Positions 9,305 to 19,605 of a stretch of 64,000 nt of DNA are shown piece after piece (within the stretch, counting starts at the first letter, position 1; each line of letters begins with the position of its first letter). Source of the stretch: Gemmatimonadales bacterium (GTDB lineage Bacteria > Gemmatimonadota > Gemmatimonadetes > Gemmatimonadales > GWC2-71-9); the NCBI GenBank assembly GCA_035549935.1, contig DASZPT010000151.1:967-64966 (forward strand), written 5' to 3'. A program made the position numbers and the translations under genes. The notes under the pieces are model-generated. The model saw nothing but the letters and a program-made list of their open reading frames with translations. It ran no database searches and was not told where the DNA came from.

Positions 9305-10434
9305 CGGCCAATCCGGTGCAGGTCGCCGGCTCCACCCACGGCGAGGAACGTTCCGTCGTAGAGCAGGTACACCGGCAGTTCCGCGGGCCGGCCCAGCGCC
9401 ACCTTCCAGCTCTGCTCTCCGCTCTCGCGGTCGAACCCGTACAGCGTACCGTCCGCACCGCCGACCAGGAGCCAGGGGCCGAACAGCGCCGGCGTTCCGG
9501 TGGCGGGCCAGCCGGCCGAGTGGATCCGGGCCTCGAGGGGATCTCCCCCGGGAACGATCCTGTAGACGGAACCGGCCCGGGTCACACAGAACAGCGTATC
9601 ACCCTGTGCGGCAGGGGAGACGAGCAAGGGGGCATCGAGTCGCACGCGCCACTGCTCGTGAAGGCTGTCGGGGGCGATGGCGATCACCGTCGAGTCGCCG
9701 GTCGCGCCCACGAGGGACGTTCCGAAACGGATCCAGGGCGACGTCACCACGCCCGGCGCGCGCCGGCGCGCGAGGATCTGTCCGTCCCGCACCCGGAGGG
9801 TATACAGGCTGTCGTAGGAGGTCACCATCACCACCCCGGGGTCGAGCACCGCCGGCGGGACCCGGTTGCTCGGCAGCCGCTTCTTCCACTGGATCTTGCC
9901 GTTGGAGGTCCGGAGCCCCAGCACCTCTCCCTTCCGGTTGAGGACGATGAGCCGCCCCTCGGTGAGGGCCATCGGGGCCTGGACGTACCCCGTGCCGGTC
10001 GACCAGTTCTGCCGTCCGCTCTCCTTCCGGAGTGCCACGACCTTGCCGCCCGGCTGGTCGGTGGCGGCGTAGACCACGTCGCCCTCCTCGAGGACGCCGC
10101 CCACGATCGGCCCCGTCATCCGGACCGCCCAGCGGGTCTTGCCGCTCGCGAGGTCCACCGCGACCACCCGCCGGTCACTCCCGCCGAGATACGCGTTCAC
10201 CGTGTCGGTCGCGACCGGGGCGCTCGGTCCGCGGAGCGGGCGGGCCCGCCAGTAGCGCGTGAGCGGCGTGCCGTCGAGGGCGTGCGGCTGCTTGATTTCC
10301 CCCGGATCGAATTCGGGAACGGGGCGGTAGCCGCCACAGCCCGCGTTGACGGTCATCAGGACGACGGCTAGACTCCACGCCCTCCGGCAGACCTTACCAT
10401 GACCACCGTTCGCATCGAATCGCTCTCGGCCCAT
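9301..10434 (-). CDS. PQQ-like beta-propeller lipoprotein (BamB-like)
   Basis: Lipobox VNAGC. Repeated propeller-blade sequence of the BamB/PQQ-repeat type. Start is ATG 10434 (gives a full signal peptide and overlaps asnS by 36 nt) or ATG 10356. The rest of the 642-aa track ORF is antisense to asnS and is discarded. Confidence 0.8.
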   Translation of the reverse strand: MGRERFDANGGHGKVCRRAWSLAVVLMTVNAGCGGYRPVPEFDPGEIKQPHALDGTPLTRYWRARPLRGPSAPVATDTVNAYLGGSDRRVVAVDLASGKTRWAVRMTGPIVGGVLEEGDVVYAATDQPGGKVVALRKESGRQNWSTGTGYVQAPMALTEGRLIVLNRKGEVLGLRTSNGKIQWKKRLPSNRVPPAVLDPGVVMVTSYDSLYTLRVRDGQILARRRAPGVVTSPWIRFGTSLVGATGDSTVIAIAPDSLHEQWRVRLDAPLLVSPAAQGDTLFCVTRAGSVYRIVPGGDPLEARIHSAGWPATGTPALFGPWLLVGGADGTLYGFDRESGEQSWKVALGRPAELPVYLLYDGTFLAVGGAGDLHRIGR

Positions 10435-11694
10435 ACCGGGCAGACCGTCACCGTCCAGGGCTGGGTGAGTCACACCCGCTCGAGCGGCAAGATCGCCTTC
10501 ATCGTGCTGCGGGACGGCACCGGGCTCCTGCAGGGAGTGCTCAGCAAGAAGGAGGTCCCCGCCGAGGTGTGGGACCGCTTCGCGACCCTCACGCAGGAGA
10601 CGTCCGTCGCCCTGACGGGCGCGGTCCGGCAGGAGGTGCGGGCCCCGGGTGGATACGAGATGCACGTCAGCGACCTCGCGGTGATCGGTCCCAGCAACGA
10701 CTTCCCCATTCAGCCCAAGGAACACGGGACCCAGTACCTCTTCGAGCACCGGCACCTCTACCTCCGGAGCCGGAGCCAGGTGGCGATCGCGCGGGTCCGC
10801 AACGAGGTCGTCAAGGCGATCCGTGACTTCTTCTACGACCGGAATTTCGTCCTGGTCGACACCCCGATTCTCACCGGCTCGATCGGCGAGCAGGCGGGGG
10901 AGCTGTTCAGCACCGAGTATTTCGACCTCGGCAAGGCATACCTGGCCCAGACCGGCCAGCTCTACGTCGAGGCCGCCGCCGCGGCGCTCGGCAAGGTGTA
11001 TTGCTTCGGACCGACCTTCCGGGCCGAGAAGTCCAAGACCCGGCGTCATCTGACGGAATTCTGGATGGTGGAACCCGAAGTGGCGTGGAACGACTCGAAC
11101 GACAACATGCGGCTCCAGGAAGAGTTCGTGAGCTACATCGTGGGTCGGGCGCTCGAGCGCTCTCGGGAGCAGCTCAAGGAACTGGAACGGGACGTGACCC
11201 CGCTCGAGCGGGTCCAGCCCCCCTTCCACCGCATCTCGTACACCGACGCGGTCGCGCGGCTCAACCAGCTTGGCAGCGACCTCGCGTGGGGCAGCGACCT
11301 CGGTGGCGACGACGAGACCCTGCTGGCCCAGCAGTACGACCGGCCGGTCTTCGTCTTCAACTACCCCAAGGGGGTCAAGGCGTTCTACATGAAGGAGAAC
11401 CCTGACGACCCCCGGACCGTGCTCAACAACGACTGCCTCGCCCCCGAGGGCTACGGCGAGATCATCGGTGGGTCACAGCGGGAGGACAGCTATGACCGCC
11501 TGCTCGCGCGGATCCAGGAGCAGGGCCTCGATCCCGAGGCGTACCGCTGGTACCTCGACCTGCGGCGCTACGGCACCTTCGTGCATGCCGGCTTCGGGCT
11601 TGGCGTGGAACGCACGGTGGCCTGGATCTGCGGCCTTCCCCACATCAGGGAGACGATTGCCTTCCCGCGGCAGATACACCGGCTCTATCCCTGA
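10399..11694 (+). CDS. asnS: asparagine--tRNA ligase
   Basis: 431 aa class II aaRS with N-terminal OB fold. FRAEKSKTRRHLTEFWMVEPE and GFGLGVER motifs. Confidence 0.96.
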   Translation: MTTVRIESLSAHTGQTVTVQGWVSHTRSSGKIAFIVLRDGTGLLQGVLSKKEVPAEVWDRFATLTQETSVALTGAVRQEVRAPGGYEMHVSDLAVIGPSNDFPIQPKEHGTQYLFEHRHLYLRSRSQVAIARVRNEVVKAIRDFFYDRNFVLVDTPILTGSIGEQAGELFSTEYFDLGKAYLAQTGQLYVEAAAAALGKVYCFGPTFRAEKSKTRRHLTEFWMVEPEVAWNDSNDNMRLQEEFVSYIVGRALERSREQLKELERDVTPLERVQPPFHRISYTDAVARLNQLGSDLAWGSDLGGDDETLLAQQYDRPVFVFNYPKGVKAFYMKENPDDPRTVLNNDCLAPEGYGEIIGGSQREDSYDRLLARIQEQGLDPEAYRWYLDLRRYGTFVHAGFGLGVERTVAWICGLPHIRETIAFPRQIHRLYP

Positions 11695-11696
11695 GA

Positions 11697-11793
11697 CGTT
11701 CCGCGTTCCGCGTTCCCCGTCCCGTGTTCGCCCTGTGCGCCCGCCCGTGTTCGGCCAAGGCGCGTCCCAACGCGGAACGAGGAACGCGGAACA
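11697..11793. repeat. GGAACGC-variant heptamer hairpin B2 (candidate bidirectional terminator)
   Basis: GTTCCGCGTTCCGCGTTCC (11698-11716) pairs with GGAACGAGGAACGCGGAAC (11774-11792) with 1 mismatch. Lies between convergent asnS and mazG. Confidence 0.8.
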
Positions 11794-11803
11794 GAAGACC
11801 CGG

Positions 11804-12619
11804 TCACTCCCCCTGCTTCACCTCCTCCCACAGCACGTCCAGCACCTCGAGCCCCGCGGTCGCCATGTCCACGCCCCGCTCCGCCGCGAGGGTCTCGATC
11901 TGCTCGAACCGCCGCCGGAACTTGGTATTGGCCCGGTCGAGCGCCGTGGAGGGCTGGACCCGCGCCTTCCGCGCGAGGTTCACGACGGCGAAAAGCAGGT
12001 CGCCGATCTCGTCGACCAGTGCCTCCGGCGGGGCGGGGTAGATCGGCTCCGTACTCTGTAGCGCCGGCGGGTTCATGCCGTCCTGCCTCCCTGCCGCCTT
12101 CCCCCCGTCCTCCAGCTCCCGTTCCACCTCGGCCAGTTCCTCACGCACCTTCGCGAGCGGGCCCGTGGTGTCGGGCCAGTCGAAGCCCACGCCGGCGGCC
12201 CGTTCCTGCAGCCGGTAGGCCATCAGCAGACTGGGCAGCGCCGGTGGCAGTCCGTCGAGGATCCCGCGCCGCTTTTCCTTGTGCTTGAGCCGGGCCCACT
12301 GTTCCGCCGGCCCCAGGTCGAAGAGGTGCGGGTGGCGGCGGCGCATCTTCCGCTCGAGGTCGCCGGCCACCTCGTCGGCGGTGAACTCGCGATGCTCCTC
12401 GCCGAGCACCAGCTGCCAGCCGAGGTGGAGGAGCAGGTCTGCCACCTCTTCGCGGATGGCGCGGGGGTCCCCTTCGGCGATGGCGTGATCGAGTTCGAAC
12501 ACTTCCTCGATCAGGTAGGGCCGGATCGTTTCCCGGGTCTGGGCCCGATCCCAGGGGCACCGCTGGCGCAGGTCTCTGACCATCGCGACAGCGCGTCCAA
12601 GCGCTGAATTGTCTTGCAT
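11804..12619 (-). CDS. mazG: nucleoside triphosphate pyrophosphohydrolase MazG
   Basis: Tandem MazG domains (EEVFELDHAI.., EELAEVEREL..). GGAGGA SD lies 4 nt upstream of ATG 12619. Confidence 0.93.
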   Translation of the reverse strand: MQDNSALGRAVAMVRDLRQRCPWDRAQTRETIRPYLIEEVFELDHAIAEGDPRAIREEVADLLLHLGWQLVLGEEHREFTADEVAGDLERKMRRRHPHLFDLGPAEQWARLKHKEKRRGILDGLPPALPSLLMAYRLQERAAGVGFDWPDTTGPLAKVREELAEVERELEDGGKAAGRQDGMNPPALQSTEPIYPAPPEALVDEIGDLLFAVVNLARKARVQPSTALDRANTKFRRRFEQIETLAAERGVDMATAGLEVLDVLWEEVKQGE

Positions 12620-12642
12620 TTATCCTCCGTGGCCGATATCAT
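12614..12642 (+). promoter_or_regulatory. candidate sigma70-type promoter for alr (TTGCAT-N17-TATCAT)
   Basis: -35 TTGCAT at 12614-12619, a 17-nt spacer, and -10 TATCAT at 12637-12642. The predicted TSS lies ~1-9 nt before the alr start candidates (leaderless or near-leaderless). This is the only AT-rich patch in the 32-nt divergent gap. Confidence 0.45.
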
Positions 12643-12651
12643 ACCCGCCGC

Positions 12652-13722
12652 TTGCGCATGACGTCAATTCCGCAGGAAACGGCGCGTGTCTGGGCCCGGA
12701 TCGACCTCCGCGCACTGGTCCACAATGCGCGGACCGTGGCCGACCGTTCCGGGGCTCGGCTCCTTCCGATGGTCAAAGCCAACGGCTACGGTCTTGGGGC
12801 CCTCGAGGTGGCACGCGCGCTCGAAGCGCTCGACCCCTGGGGATTCGGCGTGGCCACCGTCGAGGAGGGCGCCGAGCTCCGCCGCGGAGGCATCACCCGC
12901 CCGGTGGTGGTCTTCACGCCACTCCAACCGTCACACCTCTCCCGCTACCAGGCCCACGCCCTCCGTCCGGTGATCGGTGATATCGAGGGGCTCGAGGCGT
13001 GGCTCGCCGCGGGCGCGGCGCCGTTTCACGTCGAGGTCGATACCGGGATGGCCCGGGTCGGGTTCCGCTGGCAGGGGGAGAACGGGTGGCGTTCGCGGCT
13101 CGAGGCGGCGGAAGGATGGGAGGGGATCTTCACCCATTTCCACTCCGCCGACACCGATCCCGCCTCGGTGCACCGGCAGTGGAAGCGCTTTCAGCAGGTG
13201 CTCGACAGCCTTGGCCGGCGTCCCGCGCTGGTGCACGCCGCGAACAGCGCCGCCGCGCTGGCCGGCCGGACCTACGCCGGCGACCTGGTGCGCCCGGGGA
13301 TCTTCCTCTACGGCGGCAACGCCGGCACCATGGTGGCGAGTCCGGTCGTGCGTCTCGAGGCCCGGGTGGTGGCGCTGCGCACGGTGCGCGCGGGCGACAG
13401 CGTGAGCTACGGCGCGACCTGGACCGCGCCCCGCGACACGACCATCGCGACGGTGGCGGCAGGCTACGCCGACGGGGTGCACCGCTCCCTCAGCAACACG
13501 GGGATGGTCGAGCTCAACGGACGGGTGTACCCCATCGCGGGGCGGGTGACGATGGATTTCCTGATGGTCGCGGTCGACGGGCCGGTGGCGCTGGGCGACG
13601 TGGCGACGATCTACGGCGGCCTCGTCTCCCTCGACGACCAGGCCCGTCACGCCGGCACCATCTCCTACGAACTGCTCACCAGTCTCGGCGCGCGGGTCCT
13701 TCGCCGGTACGATCACTCCTGA
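12652..13722 (+). CDS. alr: alanine racemase
   Basis: PLP-lysine motif MVKANGYGLG with full-length similarity. Start is TTG 12652 or ATG 12658. Confidence 0.95.
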   Translation: MRMTSIPQETARVWARIDLRALVHNARTVADRSGARLLPMVKANGYGLGALEVARALEALDPWGFGVATVEEGAELRRGGITRPVVVFTPLQPSHLSRYQAHALRPVIGDIEGLEAWLAAGAAPFHVEVDTGMARVGFRWQGENGWRSRLEAAEGWEGIFTHFHSADTDPASVHRQWKRFQQVLDSLGRRPALVHAANSAAALAGRTYAGDLVRPGIFLYGGNAGTMVASPVVRLEARVVALRTVRAGDSVSYGATWTAPRDTTIATVAAGYADGVHRSLSNTGMVELNGRVYPIAGRVTMDFLMVAVDGPVALGDVATIYGGLVSLDDQARHAGTISYELLTSLGARVLRRYDHS

Positions 13723-13732
13723 AGGCGTTCGC

Positions 13733-13999
13733 ATGAACCAGCATTTCGCGTCCCTCGTCGTGGGTCTTGCCGCGCAGGCCGACCAGGCCCTGAACGGCCA
13801 GCTCCCCGGTGGGCTCCCCGCCGGGGTTTCGGCCCGCGACGTGGCCCGCAACCTGATCGACACCCTCGCCGTCCTGGAACAGAAGACCCGCGGAAACGTC
13901 GACGCCGACGAGGCGAAGCTCCTCGCCGAGGCGCTCACCCAGCTCCGCTTCCGCTTCGTCACGACCGAGAAGCCGGGGCAGGGCGGGCCGGTGCAGTGA
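13733..13999 (+). CDS. DUF1844-like small protein
   Basis: 88 aa. N-terminal FASLVVGLAAQA pattern resembles the DUF1844 family. GTGA overlap with deoB. Confidence 0.65.
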   Translation: MNQHFASLVVGLAAQADQALNGQLPGGLPAGVSARDVARNLIDTLAVLEQKTRGNVDADEAKLLAEALTQLRFRFVTTEKPGQGGPVQ

Positions 14000-15177
14000 T
14001 CCCTCCCGCGGAACGCCGCGCGGCGCTGATCATCCTCGACGGGGTAGGGATCGGTCCCGCCCCCGACACCGACCAGTACGGGGACTCCGGGAGCGACACC
14101 CTCGGCAACCTGGCCCGGGCGGTCGGTGGCCTCACCCTTCCCAACCTGGAGCGGCTGGGGCTCGGCCTCTGCGGCGATCTCCGGGGCGTGGCGCCGGTGG
14201 CCGCGCCCCTGGCCGCCCACGGCGTGGCGCTGCCGCGAAGCGCGGGGAAGGACAGCACCACGGGCCACTGGGAACTGTGCGGCCTCCATCTCGCCACGCC
14301 GTTCGCCACCTACCCGCACGGCTTCCCGGCCAGCTTCCTCGCCGCGCTGGAGGCCGCGACCGGCCGGGGAACGCTGGGGAACCGGCCGGCGTCCGGCACG
14401 ACGATCCTCGACGAGCTGGGCGCCGAGCACGTCGCCACCGGGAAGTGGATCGTCTACACCTCCGCCGACAGCGTATGCCAGCTGGCCGCGCACGAGGAGG
14501 TGGTTCCGGTCACGGAGCTCTACCGGGCGTGCGAGCAGGCGCGCGGACTGCTCACGGGGCCGGAGGCGGTGGCGCGGGTCATCGCCCGGCCCTTCGTGGG
14601 GAAGCCGGGGGCGTGGAAGCGGACCGAGCGGCGGAAGGACTTCAGCCTCGCCCCGCCGGCGGACACCCTGCTCGACCGGCTGGCGGCGGCCCACATCCCG
14701 CGGCTCGGCGTGGGGAAGGTGGACGATCTCTTCGCGGGGCGGAACATCACGAGCCTCCACCCGGCCGGCAACGGCGAGGCCTACCAGCTGATCGAGACGT
14801 CGCTCCGGCGGATGCCGCGAGGGTTCCTCTTCGCGAACGTGATCGAGTTCGACCAGACCTGGGGGCATCGCAACGACGTGCCCGGGTATCACCGCGGCCT
14901 CCTGGCGCTGGATGCCGCGCTGCCGGGGATGCTGGCCCCGGTCCGGGAGCATGATCTGATTATTATTACCGCCGACCACGGCAACGATCCCACCACCCCC
15001 TCGACCGACCACTCGCGGGAGCGGGTCCCGGTCCTCGCCGTGGGACCCCGGGTGCGTCCCCGCCCCCTCGGTGTCCGCGATACCTTCGCGGATGTCGGCC
15101 AGACGCTGGCGGAGTACTTCGGCCTGGCGCCGCTTCCCGTCGGCCGATCTTTCCTGGCGGAGATCTGGGATGGCTGA
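13996..15177 (+). CDS. deoB: phosphopentomutase
   Basis: ILDGVGIG, GDSGSDTLGN and ITADHGNDPT motifs of DeoB. Confidence 0.95.
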   Translation: MIPPAERRAALIILDGVGIGPAPDTDQYGDSGSDTLGNLARAVGGLTLPNLERLGLGLCGDLRGVAPVAAPLAAHGVALPRSAGKDSTTGHWELCGLHLATPFATYPHGFPASFLAALEAATGRGTLGNRPASGTTILDELGAEHVATGKWIVYTSADSVCQLAAHEEVVPVTELYRACEQARGLLTGPEAVARVIARPFVGKPGAWKRTERRKDFSLAPPADTLLDRLAAAHIPRLGVGKVDDLFAGRNITSLHPAGNGEAYQLIETSLRRMPRGFLFANVIEFDQTWGHRNDVPGYHRGLLALDAALPGMLAPVREHDLIIITADHGNDPTTPSTDHSRERVPVLAVGPRVRPRPLGVRDTFADVGQTLAEYFGLAPLPVGRSFLAEIWDG

Positions 15178-15592
15178 CCAGTTGCGCGCTGCCGCGGAGG
15201 CGGCGCGAGCGCAGGCCTACTGCCCCTATTCCGGGTTCGCGGTCGGCGCGGCGCTGGAAGCCGCCGATGGGCGCGTCTTTGTGGGCTGCAACGTGGAGAA
15301 CGCGTCCTACGGGGTGACCCTCTGCGCCGAGCGCGCCGCCCTCGCGGCGGCGGTCGCGGCGGGAGTCCGCGAGTTCCGGCGGATCGCGATCGTGGCGTCG
15401 TCGGATCCCGCGGTCGCGCCCTGCGGGATCTGCCGCCAGGCCCTGGCCGAGTTCGGCGCGGCCCTGCAGGTGGAGGCGTACGGCCCGGCAGGCGCCCGCC
15501 GCTGGACCCTGGCGGACCTGCTCCCGGATGCCTTCGGCCCGGGGTCGCTCCCCGGCGGGCCGGTGCAGGCGCAGACTTCGAAGGATGGATGA
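15170..15592 (+). CDS. cdd: cytidine deaminase
   Basis: Zinc motifs CAERAAL and PCGICRQ. ATG 15170 overlaps the deoB stop by 8 nt. Confidence 0.93.
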   Translation: MADQLRAAAEAARAQAYCPYSGFAVGAALEAADGRVFVGCNVENASYGVTLCAERAALAAAVAAGVREFRRIAIVASSDPAVAPCGICRQALAEFGAALQVEAYGPAGARRWTLADLLPDAFGPGSLPGGPVQAQTSKDG

Positions 15593-15625
15593 CGGTGGCA
15601 GGCACACTCAGCGAGAGACGGCACT

Positions 15626-16828
15626 TTGATTCGCAATAGATCCCTGGTTTCCGTCGCGGCGCTCCTGGTGATCCTCGGGTGCCAGGAGCGGCTCTCCGCG
15701 CCGGCGGATTGCCCCGATCTCTGCCCGGGCGGATACACCCTCTACGAAGACACGCTGTTCGCGCTGCCCGGCGGCGACAGTTCGGCGGTCGGCTACCTCA
15801 AGGCCGGCCAGGGGAGCTCGCTCCTCGTCTCCTGGCAGTTCCCGCTCGCGGAAAATCGCGCCGCCTACCGCTTCACCCGCCGGGCCGACTCGCTCACGAT
15901 CAACGGGACCACCCGCGCCTACACCGTCGATTCGCTGGCGCTCGAGCTCTCGCTGCTCTACCGCGACACGACGGTGCACGGGCTCAAGGTGTACCTCTAC
16001 CGCCTCCCGGTGACGGTCGATTCGACCGCCACCTTCGCGGACATCGATGGCGCCTTCTCGCCCGCCACGGTGGTGGACAGCTTCCTGGTGGACGATTCGG
16101 TCGTCACCAAGCGCCTGCGGGTGGTCTATACCGGGAGCGATACCACCAAGCTGGGCATCCCCGCCGCGGACAGCGCCGTCCTCGCGCTCGGGGTCCAGAT
16201 CCGGGCGGCGCAGGGCACCGGGATCCGCATCGGCGGTGCCGGCGCCGGCAGCGCCGGCCCGTCGTTCATCACGTACGTCACGGTCGCCAACACCGACACG
16301 AGCACGGTCAACCGGATCGTGACGCCGTCGATCGGGTTCAACACCTACGTCACCCAGTCGCCCCCGGTCCCCGATGTCGACCAGCTCACCGTCGGGGGCG
16401 CGCCCAGCGCCCGCTCGCTGATTCGCTTCCCCTGGAATGCCCGGCTCAAGGATTCGGCGACGATCGTCCGGGCGACGCTCCAGCTCCTCCCCGCGATCCC
16501 GACCGAAGGGCTCAACGGCGACAGCGCCCAGCTGGTGGTGCGCCCCATTCTCGCCGATTTCGGCGCGAAGAGCCCCGCGGTGACGGCCACCTCCTTCACC
16601 ACCGCCAGGACGGTGCTGCCCGGCTTGACCGACACCGTCTCGGTGGAGGTCCGCTCCCAGCTCGGCGCCTGGCAGGGCAGCAAGCCGGTGCCGCCGGCGC
16701 TGTCGATGCAGCTCGCGCCCGAAGTCAGCAGCTACAGCCGCTTCGTGTTCGGCTCCTCCCGGACCGCCGGCAAGGTGCCGCGGATCATCGTCACCTATGC
16801 CCTCAAGTTCCCGTTCGGGGAGCCCTGA
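15626..16828 (+). CDS. hypothetical lipoprotein
   Basis: TTG start. Signal peptide plus lipobox (VAALLVILGC). No family recognised. Confidence 0.65.
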   Translation: MIRNRSLVSVAALLVILGCQERLSAPADCPDLCPGGYTLYEDTLFALPGGDSSAVGYLKAGQGSSLLVSWQFPLAENRAAYRFTRRADSLTINGTTRAYTVDSLALELSLLYRDTTVHGLKVYLYRLPVTVDSTATFADIDGAFSPATVVDSFLVDDSVVTKRLRVVYTGSDTTKLGIPAADSAVLALGVQIRAAQGTGIRIGGAGAGSAGPSFITYVTVANTDTSTVNRIVTPSIGFNTYVTQSPPVPDVDQLTVGGAPSARSLIRFPWNARLKDSATIVRATLQLLPAIPTEGLNGDSAQLVVRPILADFGAKSPAVTATSFTTARTVLPGLTDTVSVEVRSQLGAWQGSKPVPPALSMQLAPEVSSYSRFVFGSSRTAGKVPRIIVTYALKFPFGEP

Positions 16829-16829
16829 C

Positions 16830-18004
16830 GTGCGCCTCCTGAGAACCCTGGCCCTCGTGGGCCTGATCGGCGTCGCCTCCCTCGAACCGGTGTCGCTGGC
16901 GGCCCAGAGTTCGATGTTCGGCATCCGCGGCCTGGGCTTTCCGGGCCGGCCGCTGACGCCCCGCACCCGCGCGACCGGCGGGAGCTTCGGCCTCTTCGAC
17001 CCGGAGAGCGACCTCAATCCCGCCGCCATCGCATCGCAGACGGCGGTCACCGCCGGCTTCGTGCTCGCGCCCACCCGGCGCCACTGGGAGGCGCCCGCCG
17101 GCACCGCCTCGATCCGGGAGACCCGCTTCCCGCTGATCTACGTCGGCGGCCCGGTCCCGGGATCGAAGCTCGGCGTCGGTATCTCGATCGGGAGCTATGC
17201 CGACCGCGACTTCCGCCTCGCCTCGATCGACACCGTCACCATCCGGGGGCAGCCGGTCGAGACCTCCGATACGCTGAGCAGCCTCGGCGGCCTGAGCGAG
17301 ATCAGGATCGCGAGCGGGGTGATGCTGGGCTCGAAGACCGGCATCGGGGGCGGGTTCTACTTCATCACCGGGTCGAGCCGGGTGGATGCCCGCCGCCACT
17401 TCGCCGATACGACCTTCGCGCCCCTCCGGCAGACGGCCGAGCTGAGCTACCACGGGATCGGCTTCTCGCTGGGGATCACCCACCAGCTGACCCCGGCCAT
17501 CCGGCTCGCGGCGACTGTCCGCTCCGACGCCAAGGCCAAGGTCGATCTCGACTCGACCCGGGCCTATACCGTCGATCTGCCGTTCACCTTCGCCGCCGGG
17601 ATCCAGGCGCGGGCCTCCAATCGCCTCACCCTCGCGGCCTCGGGCACCTACCGGACCTGGTCGGGGGCGAACAGCGACTTCCTCGCGCAGGGGGCCCCGG
17701 GCTCGCGGAACACGCTGGAGCTGAATGCCGGCGGCGAGTACGCCCGGAACCTGCGCCGCCCGAGCCGCCTGCCGGTCCGCCTCGGGGTGCGGTACGCCGA
17801 CATTCCCTTCCCGATCAAGGAAGGCGGCAAGCCGAAGGAGTTCAGCATCTCGGCGGGCACCGGCACCCGGTTCGCCCAGGAGCGCGGGGGCGTGGACCTG
17901 ACCCTGGAGCAGGCCTGGCGGAGCGAGGGCTCGGCCTACAAGGAGCGGGCGTTTACCCTGATCCTGGGCCTCTCGATCCGGCCCTACGGCGAGGTCCGCC
18001 GGCG

Positions 18005-18008
<4 letters not shown>
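16830..18008 (+). CDS. putative outer-membrane beta-barrel protein (FadL/PorV-like, uncertain)
   Basis: GTG 16830 lies 1 nt after the upstream stop. Signal peptide LALVGLIGVASLEPVSLAAQ. Alternating beta-strand pattern throughout. Confidence 0.65.
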
Positions 18009-19314
<1,306 letters not shown>

Positions 19315-19318
<4 letters not shown>

Positions 19319-19605
19319 ATGCCACGGGTCTGCGCAATCTGATCGAGGATCACGCCGCCGACGCCTACGCGCGGCTGGTGACCCACTATCCCGACTTCTG
19401 CGGCTGCGAGACCTGCCGCCTGGATGTGCTGGTCTACGCCCTCAACCGGCTCCCGCCCCGGTATGTCGTGGGGCTGGAGGGGACGATCGTCACCGGCATC
19501 AATCTCGACAAGGACCAGAACCGCGCGTCGATCGAGGTCGCGGTCATCGAAGGGATCCGGAAGGTGCACCTGGCGCCGCGCTGTGAGCGGCGGCGGAGCG
19601 GGTGA
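19315..19605 (+). CDS. ComFB-like late competence development protein
   Basis: 96 aa. The NLIEDHA..YARL...FCGCETCRLDVLVYALNRLPPRYV pattern is typical of ComFB (PF10719). ATGA overlap with miaB and GTGA overlap with comEC. Confidence 0.8.

Noticed and set aside
10435-11229. N-terminal two-thirds of the 642-aa minus-strand ORF 9301..11229.
   Set aside because: It is antisense to asnS. Only the C-terminal part, from the lipoprotein signal onward, looks like a real propeller protein.
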